A stretch of 49,299 bases of DNA from Thermoplasmata archaeon (GCA_030037855.1 JASHPY010000122.1:1-49299), one strand, 5' to 3'; shown: positions 37,345-47,759, counted from the stretch's first letter. Program-made: numbers and translations. Notes: generated by a model not told the origin, from the sequence alone.

Positions 37345-38336
37345 GGGCCTTCGCGCTCCGACAGCTCCTCGATCAGATCGTCCCGGTCCCGGTGGCGTTT
37401 CAACTCGGAGACGTTCAGGATCGGCAGCCCGAGGATCGACGGGCGGTGCACCGACTCGGGGACCACGAACATCGCGTGGCCCTCGGCGACGCGTGCGAGT
37501 CCGTGGAGGATCTCGGCCCGGTGGAGCGCGGCCCGCAGGCTCCCGACCGAGGCGAGCAGGATCTCGGGGGTGCGGGTGAACGCGTCGAACGGGGCGCGGA
37601 CGGTCACGACGACCTCGAGCCCCATGTCGTCGAGCTGGTCGAGCACGCCGTCGCGGAGCGGGTCCCCCGTGCGCGCGCGCGCGCGGGGAGCGCCCTTCGC
37701 TCCGGGCGCCGCCGGGCGGTCCGCGGCGCCCCCGGGTCCGGGGCGGCGGGCGGGACGTTCGAACAGCTCGATCGGGCGAACGATCGGTTCACCGAAGAAT
37801 GACTCGATCCGCTCGATCACGCCGAGCTCGGCCCCGGCGCCTTCCTCGTACAGCTGGATCGCGCGACGCGAGACCCCGGCGACTCCCGCGAGCGTTCCGA
37901 GCGAGAGCCCGCGCGCTTGACGGAGCAGTCGGAGTCGGACGCCGTCGACCCGGGCGAACGTGCCGCCCGGGCTCGCGTAAAGGAACGGCGGGAGCGCCTT
38001 GTCGAGGTACTCCTGCAGCGTCTCCTCGCTGACGATCGGTACCCCGTAGCGGGTGTAGACCACTCCCGGGTCGAGCTCCGAGGACCCGGACGTCTGCCCG
38101 ATCACGAGCGCGAGCGCGGGAAACAACCGCCCGAGCTCGAGGATCCGCGACGCCTCTTCGGCGTCGAGCGCGTCGATGTTCTTCAGCACCTTGATGAGCA
38201 AGAGCGTCGAGTCGCGGCGCGCGGCCAGGTCGAAGCTCGACGGACGGACGCCGTGCGTGTCCGCCACGTAGAACCCCGCGCGCTCGAGGACCTGCTGGAG
38301 ATGCTGGATCCAGCGCTCCCGCGAACGCGACGCCAT
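37341..38336 (-). CDS. Archaeal HTH transcriptional regulator (COG1395-like)
   Basis: SFDLAARR..LLLIKVLKNID, VYTRYGVP, Cro/C1 HTH GLSLGTLAGVAGVSRRAIQLYEEG, RAPFDA. Confidence 0.88.
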   Translation of the reverse strand: MASRSRERWIQHLQQVLERAGFYVADTHGVRPSSFDLAARRDSTLLLIKVLKNIDALDAEEASRILELGRLFPALALVIGQTSGSSELDPGVVYTRYGVPIVSEETLQEYLDKALPPFLYASPGGTFARVDGVRLRLLRQARGLSLGTLAGVAGVSRRAIQLYEEGAGAELGVIERIESFFGEPIVRPIELFERPARRPGPGGAADRPAAPGAKGAPRARARTGDPLRDGVLDQLDDMGLEVVVTVRAPFDAFTRTPEILLASVGSLRAALHRAEILHGLARVAEGHAMFVVPESVHRPSILGLPILNVSELKRHRDRDDLIEELSEREGP

Positions 38337-38460
38337 GACCCCCCCGATATCGAGAGTTCCCCCCTATTTGAAGTGGGTCCTTTTTTCTGACGGGCGGCCC
38401 GATAGGGAAACGGGCGCCCCCCGTGCGAAGCGTCTTGCCCCGGGGCCGGCTCGTGCGCGC

Positions 38461-39297
38461 ATGGACGTTCCGTTGCGTCCGATCCCGGACGCGCCGGCAC
38501 TCGTCCTGGGAGACGCGACCGGCGGTCGGGACCGGACCGTGATCGTCGCCGACCTGCACCTCGGCCTCGGCGGCACGCCCGAGCGACCGGGCGGGCCACC
38601 CGAGGCGTCGGACGAGGGGATGGCGGCCCGGCTGGTCGAACTCCTCGAGTCGACCCGCGCGCGCTCGCTCGTGATCGCCGGCGACGTGAAGCACCCGATC
38701 GTCGGTGCCCCACCCCCGCTACGGCCGGTGTTGTTCCGCTTCTTTTCGCATCTACTCCGGAAGGGGTACACGGTGGACGTCGTGCTCGGCAACCACGACG
38801 TGGGGCTCACCCGCCACCTTCCCCGAGAGGTCAACGTCCATCCACCGAGCGGCGTCGTGCGGGAGGGCGTCGGGATCTTCCACGGCCACCGATGGCCGTC
38901 GAACGCGGTGCTGCGCGCGCCCCGGCTCGTGGCCGGGCACCTCCACCCCGGATTCCGACTCGCCCCGACGACGGACGACCCCGCGGGGAAACGCCCCTGC
39001 TGGGTCCGCGTGGAGGTCGCGCCGCCACCGCCCACGCACGTTCGACGCCGACGGCGGCACGCCGAGCTCCGCGCCCGGGAGATCGTGATCGTTCCCCCCT
39101 TCAACCCTCTCTCGGGGATCGAAGCGCTGAACCGGCAGCGACCCGCCCGGGGCCGCTCGTTCCTCTTCGGACGGTTCCTCTCGCGGGGAGTCGCGCGCGC
39201 GTACCTGCTGGACGGCACCGACCTCGGCGTGATCCCTACGGATTCGCCGCCGCGCCGCGCGACCGGAGCGACGACGCGATCTCGCTCGGGTCAGTGA
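38461..39297 (+). CDS. Metallophosphoesterase (calcineurin-like, COG1407-type)
   Basis: ADLHLG, GDVKH, GNHD, HGH, GHLHP, PPFN, YLLDGT. Confidence 0.9.
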   Translation: MDVPLRPIPDAPALVLGDATGGRDRTVIVADLHLGLGGTPERPGGPPEASDEGMAARLVELLESTRARSLVIAGDVKHPIVGAPPPLRPVLFRFFSHLLRKGYTVDVVLGNHDVGLTRHLPREVNVHPPSGVVREGVGIFHGHRWPSNAVLRAPRLVAGHLHPGFRLAPTTDDPAGKRPCWVRVEVAPPPPTHVRRRRRHAELRAREIVIVPPFNPLSGIEALNRQRPARGRSFLFGRFLSRGVARAYLLDGTDLGVIPTDSPPRRATGATTRSRSGQ

Positions 39298-41344
39298 CCG
39301 GCGGCGCGCACGTCCGGCCGAAACAAACCAGCGCCCGTTCGGCGGTCGTACCGCTCGACATGGCGAGCTCTTCCGGAAGCGAGAACGGGGCCGGCGGCGT
39401 GCCGCGGAACAGCCAGACGTTCGGGTGCCAAGCACGCTGGGCGGCGCGAGCGAGCTCGTCGGCCCGCGGTCCCGTGCCCTCGATGACCACGGTCGCGGAC
39501 TCCGTCAAGGAGAGCCCGGCCGCCAGCGCGGAGCCGGACGCGAACAGCCCGGCGGCGCCGAGACGCGCCGCGACCGGAGCGAGGAGCCGGGAGGCCTTCT
39601 CTCGCCAGCGGTCGTCCTTCAGGAGGGATGCAAGCCGAAGGAACGCGAGCGCCGCCCCGGCGTTCGACGAGAGATGCGGGCTGTCCTCGAGCGGGTAGCT
39701 CGGCTCCGCGAGCGCGGGCAGCGGCGCCCCGTCGTAAAGCCGCGGAGCGACGTCTCGGAGTACCCCATCCTCGCCCCGGAACTCGCGGTCGACGAGCTCG
39801 AGGAGTCGGACCGCGGGCGCGACGTACGTTGGGTCGGCGGTCACCCCCGCCAGCTCGACGAGCCCCGCGGCGAAGGCGACCTGGTCCTCGAGGAGGCCGA
39901 ACCCCTTCGGCCCGGCCGAGTCGAGGTGATGAGCGATCCCCTGCTCCGGCCGATACGCCTCGCGAAGGAATCGGTCGGCCGCGCGTCGCGCCTCGGTCAA
40001 GATCGCCGAGTCGTTCAGGAACGACCCCGCTTTCGCGAGCGCTCCGATGAAGTGCCCGTTGATGTCCGAGTAGAGCGCCCGGTCGACGAGCGGGGTCGGT
40101 CGGCTCGCGCGGACCTCGCGGAGCCGCTCCACGACCCGCGCGAAGGTCGCGTCCGGCTCGGCCCCGAGCGACAGTCCGGCGGCCGCCTCTCCGGGCGGGA
40201 CCATCCGGTAGAGCACGTTCCGGTCCGGGTCATGATGCATGCGCCCGTCGGTGCCGACTCCGAAGCAGCGGGCCGCGAACCGGAACTCCTCCGGAGCGAG
40301 TGCGGCCTTCAGTTCCCCGCGGGTCCAGGTGAAGTAGTCCCCGTCGTCGCCCGGGGCGTTGTCGGCGTCCTGGCTCGCGCCGAATCCCCCCGCGGGGTCC
40401 CCGAGCACCCCCCGGACCCACCCGACGATGCCGCGCACGGTCTCCTCGAACCGCGGCTCGGAGAACCGCTGAGCCCCCTCGACGTAGGCCGCGAGCAGCG
40501 CCGCGTTGTCGACTCCCATCTTCTCGAAGTGGGGGATGTGCCAGCCCTCGTCGACGGAGTATCGGTGGAATCCTCCGCCCACCTGGTCGTACATCCCGCC
40601 GTCGGCCATCCGAAGGAGCGTGTCCCGGGCCCGGTCCGCGCTCGCGGGCGCTCCGTTCGCGAACGAGTCCCAGAGCAGGAACGATACCGCGGTCGGGTGG
40701 GGGAACTTAGGCGCCATCCCGAAGCCGGCGTGCACCGGGTCGTACGACGCCAGGATCGCGGCGCGAACCCCCGAGACGAACTCGGAGGTCGCCGGCACCG
40801 ACGACGCGCGTCGCTCGCGCATTCGCTCGAGCGCGTCGCGGACCCCGTCCGCGTTCTGCCGGATCCGCTCGGGCTCCTCCGTCCAGAGCCGCGCGACCTC
40901 CGCGAGCACCCGTCGGAACCCGGGCCGTCCGTGGCCGTCGGTCGGCGGGAAGTAGGTACCTCCGAGAAAGACCTCCCCGTCGGGCGTGAGGAAGCCGGTG
41001 AGCGGCCAGCCGCCCTCGCCGGTGAGCGCGTTCACCTGCCGCTGGTAGCGCCGGTCGACCTCGGGGTTTTCGTCCCGGTCGACCTTGACGGCGACGAAGT
41101 GCTGCCGGAGGAGGCGGGCGACCTCGCCGTCCGAGTACGTTCCCTCGTCCATCACGTGGCACCAGTGGCACCACGACGCGCCGATGTCGAGGAGGATCGG
41201 CCGGCCCGTGCGCTTCGCGAGCTCGAACGGCTCGGGGCCCCATGGGTGCCACTCGATCGGCTGCTCGGCCGCGCTGCGTAGGTAGGAGGAGGTCGACTTC
41301 GCGAGCCTCCAACCGCCCGTCGCCCCGGGTGCGTCGGACGACAT
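39236..41344 (-). CDS. YyaL/DUF255 thioredoxin-domain protein (SSP411/SPATA20 family)
   Basis: LAKSTSSYL, WCHWCHVM, KVDRDENP, GGWPLT, APKFP, GGGFHRYSVD..W.IPHFEKM. Confidence 0.93.
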   Translation of the reverse strand: MSSDAPGATGGWRLAKSTSSYLRSAAEQPIEWHPWGPEPFELAKRTGRPILLDIGASWCHWCHVMDEGTYSDGEVARLLRQHFVAVKVDRDENPEVDRRYQRQVNALTGEGGWPLTGFLTPDGEVFLGGTYFPPTDGHGRPGFRRVLAEVARLWTEEPERIRQNADGVRDALERMRERRASSVPATSEFVSGVRAAILASYDPVHAGFGMAPKFPHPTAVSFLLWDSFANGAPASADRARDTLLRMADGGMYDQVGGGFHRYSVDEGWHIPHFEKMGVDNAALLAAYVEGAQRFSEPRFEETVRGIVGWVRGVLGDPAGGFGASQDADNAPGDDGDYFTWTRGELKAALAPEEFRFAARCFGVGTDGRMHHDPDRNVLYRMVPPGEAAAGLSLGAEPDATFARVVERLREVRASRPTPLVDRALYSDINGHFIGALAKAGSFLNDSAILTEARRAADRFLREAYRPEQGIAHHLDSAGPKGFGLLEDQVAFAAGLVELAGVTADPTYVAPAVRLLELVDREFRGEDGVLRDVAPRLYDGAPLPALAEPSYPLEDSPHLSSNAGAALAFLRLASLLKDDRWREKASRLLAPVAARLGAAGLFASGSALAAGLSLTESATVVIEGTGPRADELARAAQRAWHPNVWLFRGTPPAPFSLPEELAMSSGTTAERALVCFGRTCAPPVTDPSEIASSLRSRGAAANP

Positions 41345-41458
41345 GGTCGTCACGGGCGATCGTCGCAGATAGTGTTGGCGTGCACGCCGCGCGGAGCTGA
41401 GTTGGGGGCAGGCACGCCACGTAATCCGCTGACGGACGCGTTACTGCCCTCGGTCTCG

Positions 41459-41465
41459 TTATAAA
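41459..41465 (+). promoter_or_regulatory. TATA box of the psmA-exosome operon
   Basis: TTATAAA about 33 nt upstream of the psmA ATG in an otherwise GC-rich context. Confidence 0.7.
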
Positions 41466-41497
41466 GGGGACCCGAGTGCCCGCGCCGGGGCGCCCGG

Positions 41498-42253
41498 ATG
41501 GAGATGCAACCCGGCCAAATGGCCTACGACCGGGCGATCACCGTATTCTCTCCGGACGGCCGGCTGTTCCAGGTCGAGTACGCCCGGGAAGCGGTCCGCC
41601 GGGGGGCCACGACCGCGGGGGTCGTCTACTCCACCGGGGTCGTGCTCATCGCCGACCGCCGGATTCCGAACCCGAAGCTCGCCGAGGCGGCCAGCCTCGA
41701 GAAGATCCACCAGATCGACGAGAACATCGCGTGCGTCTCGGCCGGCCTCGTCGCCGATGCGCGCGTCCTCGTCGACTACGCGCGGCTCTCCGCGCAGATC
41801 AACCGCGTGACGTACGCCGAGCCGATGACGGTCGAGTTGCTCGTCCGCCGGATCTGCGACTACAAGCAGCAGTACACCCAGTTCGGCGGGGTCCGTCCGT
41901 TCGGGACCGCGCTCCTCGTCGGCGGATACGACGACGCGGGAGTGCACCTGTTCGAGACCGAACCGTCGGGCTCGCTCACGAGCTTCCGCGCCGCGAGCAC
42001 CGGCGGGAACAAGGGGCCGGTGATGGAGCTGTTCGAGCAGAAGTACCGCGCGGGCATGGACCGCGATACCGCGATCCTCTTGGCGCTCGAGGGCCTCCGC
42101 GCGGGGCTCGATGAGGGCGGAAGCCTCGCGCAGGTCGAAATCTGCACGGTCGAGGTCGGCGGCGGGATGACCCGGCTCTCCGCGGACGACATCCAGAAGT
42201 ACGTCGCCCGCCTCCCGGCGGCCGGTGGGTCGGGCCGGGCCGGTAAGTCCTAG
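41498..42253 (+). CDS. psmA: 20S proteasome alpha subunit
   Basis: YDRAITVFSPDGRLFQVEYAREAV, GLVADARVL, YTQFGGVRPFG. Confidence 0.98.
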   Translation: MEMQPGQMAYDRAITVFSPDGRLFQVEYAREAVRRGATTAGVVYSTGVVLIADRRIPNPKLAEAASLEKIHQIDENIACVSAGLVADARVLVDYARLSAQINRVTYAEPMTVELLVRRICDYKQQYTQFGGVRPFGTALLVGGYDDAGVHLFETEPSGSLTSFRAASTGGNKGPVMELFEQKYRAGMDRDTAILLALEGLRAGLDEGGSLAQVEICTVEVGGGMTRLSADDIQKYVARLPAAGGSGRAGKS

Positions 42254-42282
42254 GCGCCCCCCGCGCGAGGGGACTCGCTCCG

Positions 42283-42978
42283 ATGGTGAAGGTCGAGGAC
42301 GCGGTGATCGCCCGCTGGGAGTCGGGCGGCTCGCGTTTCGAGGTTCTCGTCGATCCGGCGGCAGTTCAGGAGCTCAAGGACGGCAAGGACGTCGACCTCG
42401 CGGACAAGCTGGCGCTCGACCAGGTGTTCAAGGACGCCAAGCGGGGCGACAAGATCTCGGAGGAGCACCTCGAGAAGACGTTCCACACGCGCAACCTCGC
42501 GGCGATCGCGAAACAGATCGTGCTGAAGGGCGAGGTCCAGGTCACGACCGAGCAGCGTCACCAGCTCCAGGCCGCGAAGCTGCGTCAGATCGTGGCGACG
42601 ATCGCCCGGAACGCGATGAACCCGCAGACCGGCGCCCCCCATCCGCCGGCGCGGATCGAGGCGGCGATGGTCGAGGCGAAGGTGCACGTCGACCCGTTCC
42701 GACCGGTCGACGCGCAGGTGCAGGAAGTGATCCAGAAACTCCGCCCGCTCTTGCCGATCCGGCTCGACGTGGTGAAGGTCCGGGTCAAGCTCCCCGCGCA
42801 GCACTACCCCCGCGTCATCGGCGACCTCAAGGGACTGGGTCGCCTCCTGGACGAGCAGTGGCTCGGCGACGGGTCGTGGAGCGGAGTGCTCGAGATCCCC
42901 GCCGGCGTCCAGACGGAACTCTACGAGAAGCTGAACGCCCGCACGAAGGGCGCGGCCGAGACCGCTTTGGTTAAATAG
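42283..42978 (+). CDS. sdo1: Ribosome maturation factor SBDS/Sdo1
   Basis: FEVLVDP, VFKDAKRGDK, KGEVQVTTEQR, NPQTGAPHPPARIE, EIPAG. Confidence 0.95.
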   Translation: MVKVEDAVIARWESGGSRFEVLVDPAAVQELKDGKDVDLADKLALDQVFKDAKRGDKISEEHLEKTFHTRNLAAIAKQIVLKGEVQVTTEQRHQLQAAKLRQIVATIARNAMNPQTGAPHPPARIEAAMVEAKVHVDPFRPVDAQVQEVIQKLRPLLPIRLDVVKVRVKLPAQHYPRVIGDLKGLGRLLDEQWLGDGSWSGVLEIPAGVQTELYEKLNARTKGAAETALVK

Positions 42979-43014
42979 CCTACCTCCGTCGCGCGCCGCG
43001 GTGCAGCGAGAAAA

Positions 43015-43878
43015 ATGGGTGGTAGCCATCGTACGGGCCCCCGGCGACGGGGCCGCGGGGGCTCGTCCCCGCATCCCTCCGGGGATCGGGTACTAGTCCT
43101 TCCGGGCGAGGAGATCCCGAGCCAGGGCTTGAAGCCCGGGCCCGGTACTTACCGCGTCGGCGGCAAGGTCTACGCGAGCATTCTCGGGCTGCTGTCCCCC
43201 CGTCCTCCGTTCGTCCAGGTGATCCCGCTCTCGGGGCGGTACATTCCGAAGCCGAACGACGTCGTCATCGGCACGGTAACGGACGTCCAGGGAACGTTCT
43301 GGCTCCTCGACATCGGCGCCCCGCGCTGGGCGCCCCTCCACATGACCGGCACGCCGTGGAAGGTGGATGTCGGGGAGACCGAGCGCTACCTGCGGGTCGG
43401 CGAGTCGGTCGTTGTGCGCGTGGAGAACCTCGACCCGACGGGTCGGATCGGCGTGACGATGCTCGGCGAGGGGCTCGGAAAGCTCGAAGGCGGGTCGATC
43501 GTGCACGTCTCGCCCGCTCGCGTTCCGCGCGTCGTCGGGCGGAACGGCTCGATGATCGAGACGATCACGCGGCATACGGGAGCCCAGGTCGCGGTCGGCC
43601 AGAACGGCCGGATCTGGGTCGACGGCGCCCCCGAGGCGATCCACCGGGTCCGGGAGGCGCTCCGAATGATCTCGGAGGACGGACAGCGCCGGGGTCTTAC
43701 CGAGCGGGTCGACAGCTACCTCAAGTCGACCAGCCGGTCGCGCGACGAAGGGGTCGAGGAGCCCCCGCGGGAGCACGCGCACCGAGACGCGCCCGCGCAG
43801 GACTTCGCGTCGTCCCCTCCGCCGACGGACTCGGGCGAGGGCCCGGACGACGAGCGGTTCGACGGCGAGAACAACTAG
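43015..43878 (+). CDS. rrp4: Exosome RNA-binding protein Rrp4
   Basis: VLPGE, PLSGRYIP..DVVIG, PRVVGRNGSMI, VGQNGRIWV, GLTERV. Confidence 0.95.
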   Translation: MGGSHRTGPRRRGRGGSSPHPSGDRVLVLPGEEIPSQGLKPGPGTYRVGGKVYASILGLLSPRPPFVQVIPLSGRYIPKPNDVVIGTVTDVQGTFWLLDIGAPRWAPLHMTGTPWKVDVGETERYLRVGESVVVRVENLDPTGRIGVTMLGEGLGKLEGGSIVHVSPARVPRVVGRNGSMIETITRHTGAQVAVGQNGRIWVDGAPEAIHRVREALRMISEDGQRRGLTERVDSYLKSTSRSRDEGVEEPPREHAHRDAPAQDFASSPPPTDSGEGPDDERFDGENN

Positions 43879-43898
43879 AGTTCCAGGAGTGAAGCAAC

Positions 43899-44651
43899 AT
43901 GGGAAGCGTAGGAGCGAAGGACGTCCCGGTCCTCCTGAGCCCGGAAGGGCTCCGGGTCGACGGGCGACGCGTGAACGAGTTGCGGCCGATCAAGATCACG
44001 GCCGGGGCGCTGAAGCACGCCGACGGTTCGGCGTTCGTCGAGTGGGGGCAGAACAAGGTGATGGCCGCGGTCTACGGACCGCGCGAGGTCCATCCCCGCC
44101 ACCTCCAGCAGAACACGAAGGCCGTCATTCAGTGCAAGTACAACATGGCCGCGTTCTCGGTGGACGAGCGGAAACGCCCGGGCCTCGACCGACGGTCCCA
44201 GGAGATCTCGAAGGTCATCGCCGAGGCGTTCGAGTCGGTCGTCTTCGCCGAGGAGTTCCCTCGTACGAGCATCGACATCTACATCGAGGTCCTTCAGGCG
44301 AACGCGGGCACGCGCTGCGCGGGCCTCGTCGCGGCGTCCGTGGCGCTCGCCGACGCGGGCATCCCGATGGCCGACCTCCTGCCGGCGGTCGCGGTCGGTA
44401 AGGCGGGCGGCGCGATCATCCTCGACCTCAAGAAAGAGGAGGACAACTTCGGCGAAGCCGACCTCCCGATGGCGCTCGTCCCGCAGTCGGGCCGCCTCGT
44501 GCTCCTCCAGATGGAGGGTCACATGACGCGTGACGAGCTCGCGACCGCCCTCGACCTGGGGGTCCAGGGCTGCCGGGGCATCTACGAGGTCATGAAGCAG
44601 GCGCTCCGGGACCGCTATTCGGTCGCGCCGGCGGCGGAGGCGGGCGCATGA
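43899..44651 (+). CDS. rrp41: Exosome exonuclease Rrp41
   Basis: [45 protein letters not shown]. Confidence 0.97.
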   Translation: MGSVGAKDVPVLLSPEGLRVDGRRVNELRPIKITAGALKHADGSAFVEWGQNKVMAAVYGPREVHPRHLQQNTKAVIQCKYNMAAFSVDERKRPGLDRRSQEISKVIAEAFESVVFAEEFPRTSIDIYIEVLQANAGTRCAGLVAASVALADAGIPMADLLPAVAVGKAGGAIILDLKKEEDNFGEADLPMALVPQSGRLVLLQMEGHMTRDELATALDLGVQGCRGIYEVMKQALRDRYSVAPAAEAGA

Positions 44652-45436
44652 GCGAGGAGGTCACCGCCGAGATCCTCACGACGCACGTCCTCGACCTCGC
44701 GGCGCACGGAAAGCGCCTGGACGATCGCGGACCGGACGAGTATCGCAAGATCACGGTCGAGCCCGGATTCGTCACGACCGCGGACGGCTCGGCGCTCGTG
44801 CGGATCGGGGACACCGCGGTGCTCTGCGGGATCAAGCTCGAGCCCGGGAAGCCGTTCGCGGACACCCCGAACGCCGGGGTCCTCACGACCAACGCCGAAC
44901 TGATCCCGCTCTCGAGCCCGGTCTTCGAGCCGGGACCTCCGCAGCCGGGCGCGATCGAGGTCTCCCGCGTGGTCGACCGCGCGATCCGCGCGGCCGAGAC
45001 GATCGACCTCACCCGCCTATGCGTGACGCCCGGCGAGAAGAGCTGGGTCTGCTACGTCGACATCCACGTCCTCGACCACGGCGGGAACCTGATCGACGCC
45101 GCGCAGCTCGCCGCGCTCGGCGCGCTCACCCACGCCACGATGCCCGCGAAGCGGTTCGGGATCGCGGAGGCCGACTACCCGCTCGAGGTCGTTCACTACC
45201 CCGTCGAGTGCACGTTCGTGCGACTCGGCGAGGCGATCGTCGTCGACCCGACGTTCGACGAGGAGCGCGCCGCCCAGGGGCGGGTCACGGTCGCGACCGA
45301 CGAGACCGGTCGGATCGTCGCGATGCAGAAGGGCCTCGTGGGCGCGTTCTCCCCCGACGACATCAAGACGACGGTCGAGCGCGCGTTCCACCACGGGGAG
45401 CGCATGCGCGCGATCGCGCGCGGGGTCGGCGCATGA
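44648..45436 (+). CDS. rrp42: Exosome subunit Rrp42
   Basis: [54 protein letters not shown]. Confidence 0.96.
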   Translation: MSEEVTAEILTTHVLDLAAHGKRLDDRGPDEYRKITVEPGFVTTADGSALVRIGDTAVLCGIKLEPGKPFADTPNAGVLTTNAELIPLSSPVFEPGPPQPGAIEVSRVVDRAIRAAETIDLTRLCVTPGEKSWVCYVDIHVLDHGGNLIDAAQLAALGALTHATMPAKRFGIAEADYPLEVVHYPVECTFVRLGEAIVVDPTFDEERAAQGRVTVATDETGRIVAMQKGLVGAFSPDDIKTTVERAFHHGERMRAIARGVGA

Positions 45437-45702
45437 GCAAGCGCACGAAGAAGGTCGGTGCGACCGGCTGGATGGGGCCCCGCTACGGGATCCGCATCCG
45501 CCGCCGGGTGCTCGAGATCGACCGGAACCGGGGGAAGGCAGCGGCGTGCCCGCGGTGCTCGACGGTCACGCTCCACCGCGTCGCGAGCGGCATCTTCGAG
45601 TGCCGACGCTGCGGGACGCGCTACGCGTCCAACGCCTACGTCTTCCAGGCGCCGCCGGCGATCACCCGGGCGACCAAGGTCGCCGGGGCCGACAACGCTT
45701 AA
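45433..45702 (+). CDS. rpl37ae: 50S ribosomal protein L37ae (eL43)
   Basis: [38 protein letters not shown] overlaps the rrp42 stop. Confidence 0.93.
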   Translation: MSKRTKKVGATGWMGPRYGIRIRRRVLEIDRNRGKAAACPRCSTVTLHRVASGIFECRRCGTRYASNAYVFQAPPAITRATKVAGADNA

Positions 45703-45729
45703 TCGAGACGCGCGGCTCGGGAAAGGCAC

Positions 45730-45864
45730 ATGTTCCGATGTATCCGCTGCGGGGAGGCGCTCCCCTCGGACGCGAACCTCTTCGGCGTCCGGTGCGACAA
45801 CTGCGGGGGAAAGATCTTCACCAAGGAGCACCCGAACGTCAAGAAGGTGCTGAAGGCCCGCTGA
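45730..45864 (+). CDS. rpoP: DNA-directed RNA polymerase subunit P (Rpo12)
   Basis: Below the ORF-track size cut-off: MFRCIRCGEALPSDANLFGVRCDNCGGKIFTKEHPNVKKVLKAR. Zn ribbon at the canonical position after rpl37ae. Confidence 0.92.
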   Translation: MFRCIRCGEALPSDANLFGVRCDNCGGKIFTKEHPNVKKVLKAR

Positions 45865-46255
45865 CCGCGGGCGCGACCGGACTCTCGATCTCCACCCAGT
45901 TCCCGTCCGGGTCCTCCACGAACCCGATCCAGTATCGCCCGGCCTCGAGCCACGGCTCGATCGCGACCTTCGCCCCCATCGCGCGGAGCTTCTCGATGGT
46001 CGCGCGCGCGTCCGCGACGTCGAACCCGAGATGGTCGAGGCCCTCGCCGGGGGTGTACGGGACGGCGAACCGGGAGTCGCTCGGGTAGAGGTTCAGCTCG
46101 AGCTCGGCGTGCGACTCGGGGTCGCGGAGGCCGACGAACGTGCCCCCGTGGCTCATCGTCCCTCGCCCCTTCTCGACCAGGCCGAGGCCCTCGCAGTAGA
46201 ACCGGATCGAGCGGGAGAGGTCCGTGACGCGGAGGCCCGTGTACGTGAGACTCAT
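45839..46255 (-). CDS. VOC/glyoxalase family protein (paralog of 3844-4245)
   Basis: YTGLRVTDLSRSIRFYCEGLGL, LELNLY, LDHLGFDV, FVEDPDGNWVEI. Confidence 0.9.
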   Translation of the reverse strand: MSLTYTGLRVTDLSRSIRFYCEGLGLVEKGRGTMSHGGTFVGLRDPESHAELELNLYPSDSRFAVPYTPGEGLDHLGFDVADARATIEKLRAMGAKVAIEPWLEAGRYWIGFVEDPDGNWVEIESPVAPAVSGPSAPS

Positions 46256-46409
46256 CGACCGACCGCCGCGAGCGCCACGCGGTCGTAAGCGTTGCCGGGG
46301 GCCGGCCCCGGGACGGTCGGCGTCCCGAGGCGGGCGGCGCCTCCTCGACTCGGCCGCGGCCCCGGAATCCGGCCCACCAGCCTTTATCCGACGGCCCCGT
46401 CGGCCGCCC

Positions 46410-47759
46410 GTGACGACGCCGACCGTCACCTTCCTCGGCGGAGTGCGCGAGATCGGCGGCAACAAGATCCTCGTGGAGGACGGACCGGACCGGATCCTGT
46501 TCGACTTCGGTCCGTCGTTCTCTCCGCGCCTGGAGCAGTTCTACGTCGACTTTCTCCAGCCCCGGACGGCGAGCCCCGTGCAGGACCTCCTCGAGTTCGA
46601 CCTTCTCCCGCGGATCGAGGGGCTCTACGCTCGCGAAGCGCTCACCGACTCGGACATCGCTTATCGGGCTCCCGAGGTGCACGGCGTGTTCATCTCGCAC
46701 GCCCACGCCGACCACGCGGGGTACCTGAAGCTCATCGACCCGGAGATCCCGGTGCACGTCGGTCCGGGCACGCGACGGCTTCTCGCCGCGATCGACGCGA
46801 CGTCTCCTTCGATGAAGTACGGCGACCACCGATGGACGACCTTCGAGGACCGGGTCCCGATCCGCATCGGTCGGCTCGAGGTCGTGCCGTACCCCGTCGA
46901 CCACTCGATCCCGTTCGCCTACGGTTTCCTGATCCGGACCTCCGAGGGGACGATCGCCTATACCGGCGATTTCCGGCAGCACGGCCCCCGGGCCGCGGAC
47001 ACGCACGCGTTCCTCGAGGCCGCGGCGGCCGAGAAGCCCGTCGGGCTGATCATCGAGGGGACCCGAGCCGGACCGGACCCGCGACGCGACCTCAGCGAAG
47101 GCGACGTGCGCGGGGGCGTCGACCGGATCCTCGAGAAGTCGGACTCCCTGGCGGTCGCGTGTACCTACCCGCGGGACGTCGACCGGTTGCGGACGCTCTA
47201 CGAGGCGGCGCGGGCCGCGGGGCGCGACCTGCTCGTCTCGCCTCGGACCGCCTACCTTTTCGACCAGATCGCCCCGCTCTTTCCCGCCGGCACGGTGCCG
47301 ACCGTCGGTCGTACGCCCGGTCTCTCGGTGTACGCGCGCAAGCGACGACGGACCTTCCGCTGGGAGGAGCCGTACCTGGCGGAGGCGCTCGGTGCGGAGG
47401 CGGTCCGGGCGCGCGGGCGCGGGTGCCTCCTCGCGCTCGACCAAATGCACTTCCCGGAGCTGATCGACCTGCGGCCGCCGGCGGGCAGTCCGTTCATCCA
47501 CTCGATGAGCGAACCGTTCTCGGAGGACGACGTGGAGGACCAGGTCCTCCACAACTGGCTCGAGCACTTCGGGCTCGCCTTCCACCAGATGCACGCGAGC
47601 GGCCACGCTTCCGGCCCCGAGCTTCTCGATATCGTTCGCGCGACCGGCGCCGCGCGGGTCTACCCGATCCACACCGAGCATCCCGAAGCGTTCCGGAAAG
47701 CGGGCTCGGCCGTCCGCCTCCCCGAGCTCGGGACCGCGTACCCGATCGAACGCCCGTGA
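46410..47759 (+). CDS. MBL-fold/beta-CASP hydrolase (RNase J-related)
   Basis: FLGGVREIGGN, DFG, SHAHADH, VDHS, YTGD, IEGT, HASGHA, PIHTE. Confidence 0.88.
   Translation: MTTPTVTFLGGVREIGGNKILVEDGPDRILFDFGPSFSPRLEQFYVDFLQPRTASPVQDLLEFDLLPRIEGLYAREALTDSDIAYRAPEVHGVFISHAHADHAGYLKLIDPEIPVHVGPGTRRLLAAIDATSPSMKYGDHRWTTFEDRVPIRIGRLEVVPYPVDHSIPFAYGFLIRTSEGTIAYTGDFRQHGPRAADTHAFLEAAAAEKPVGLIIEGTRAGPDPRRDLSEGDVRGGVDRILEKSDSLAVACTYPRDVDRLRTLYEAARAAGRDLLVSPRTAYLFDQIAPLFPAGTVPTVGRTPGLSVYARKRRRTFRWEEPYLAEALGAEAVRARGRGCLLALDQMHFPELIDLRPPAGSPFIHSMSEPFSEDDVEDQVLHNWLEHFGLAFHQMHASGHASGPELLDIVRATGAARVYPIHTEHPEAFRKAGSAVRLPELGTAYPIERP

Noticed and set aside
24605..39297. Lhr-metallophosphoesterase repair operon
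   Set aside because: The two genes are about 11 kb apart with many unrelated genes between them, so no linkage is demonstrable here.
39425..41281. Long antisense and alternative-frame ORFs (e.g. 39425-41281, 45699-47885, 14505-16115, 21298-23592)
   Set aside because: Shadow ORFs of well-supported genes, with no recognisable motifs.
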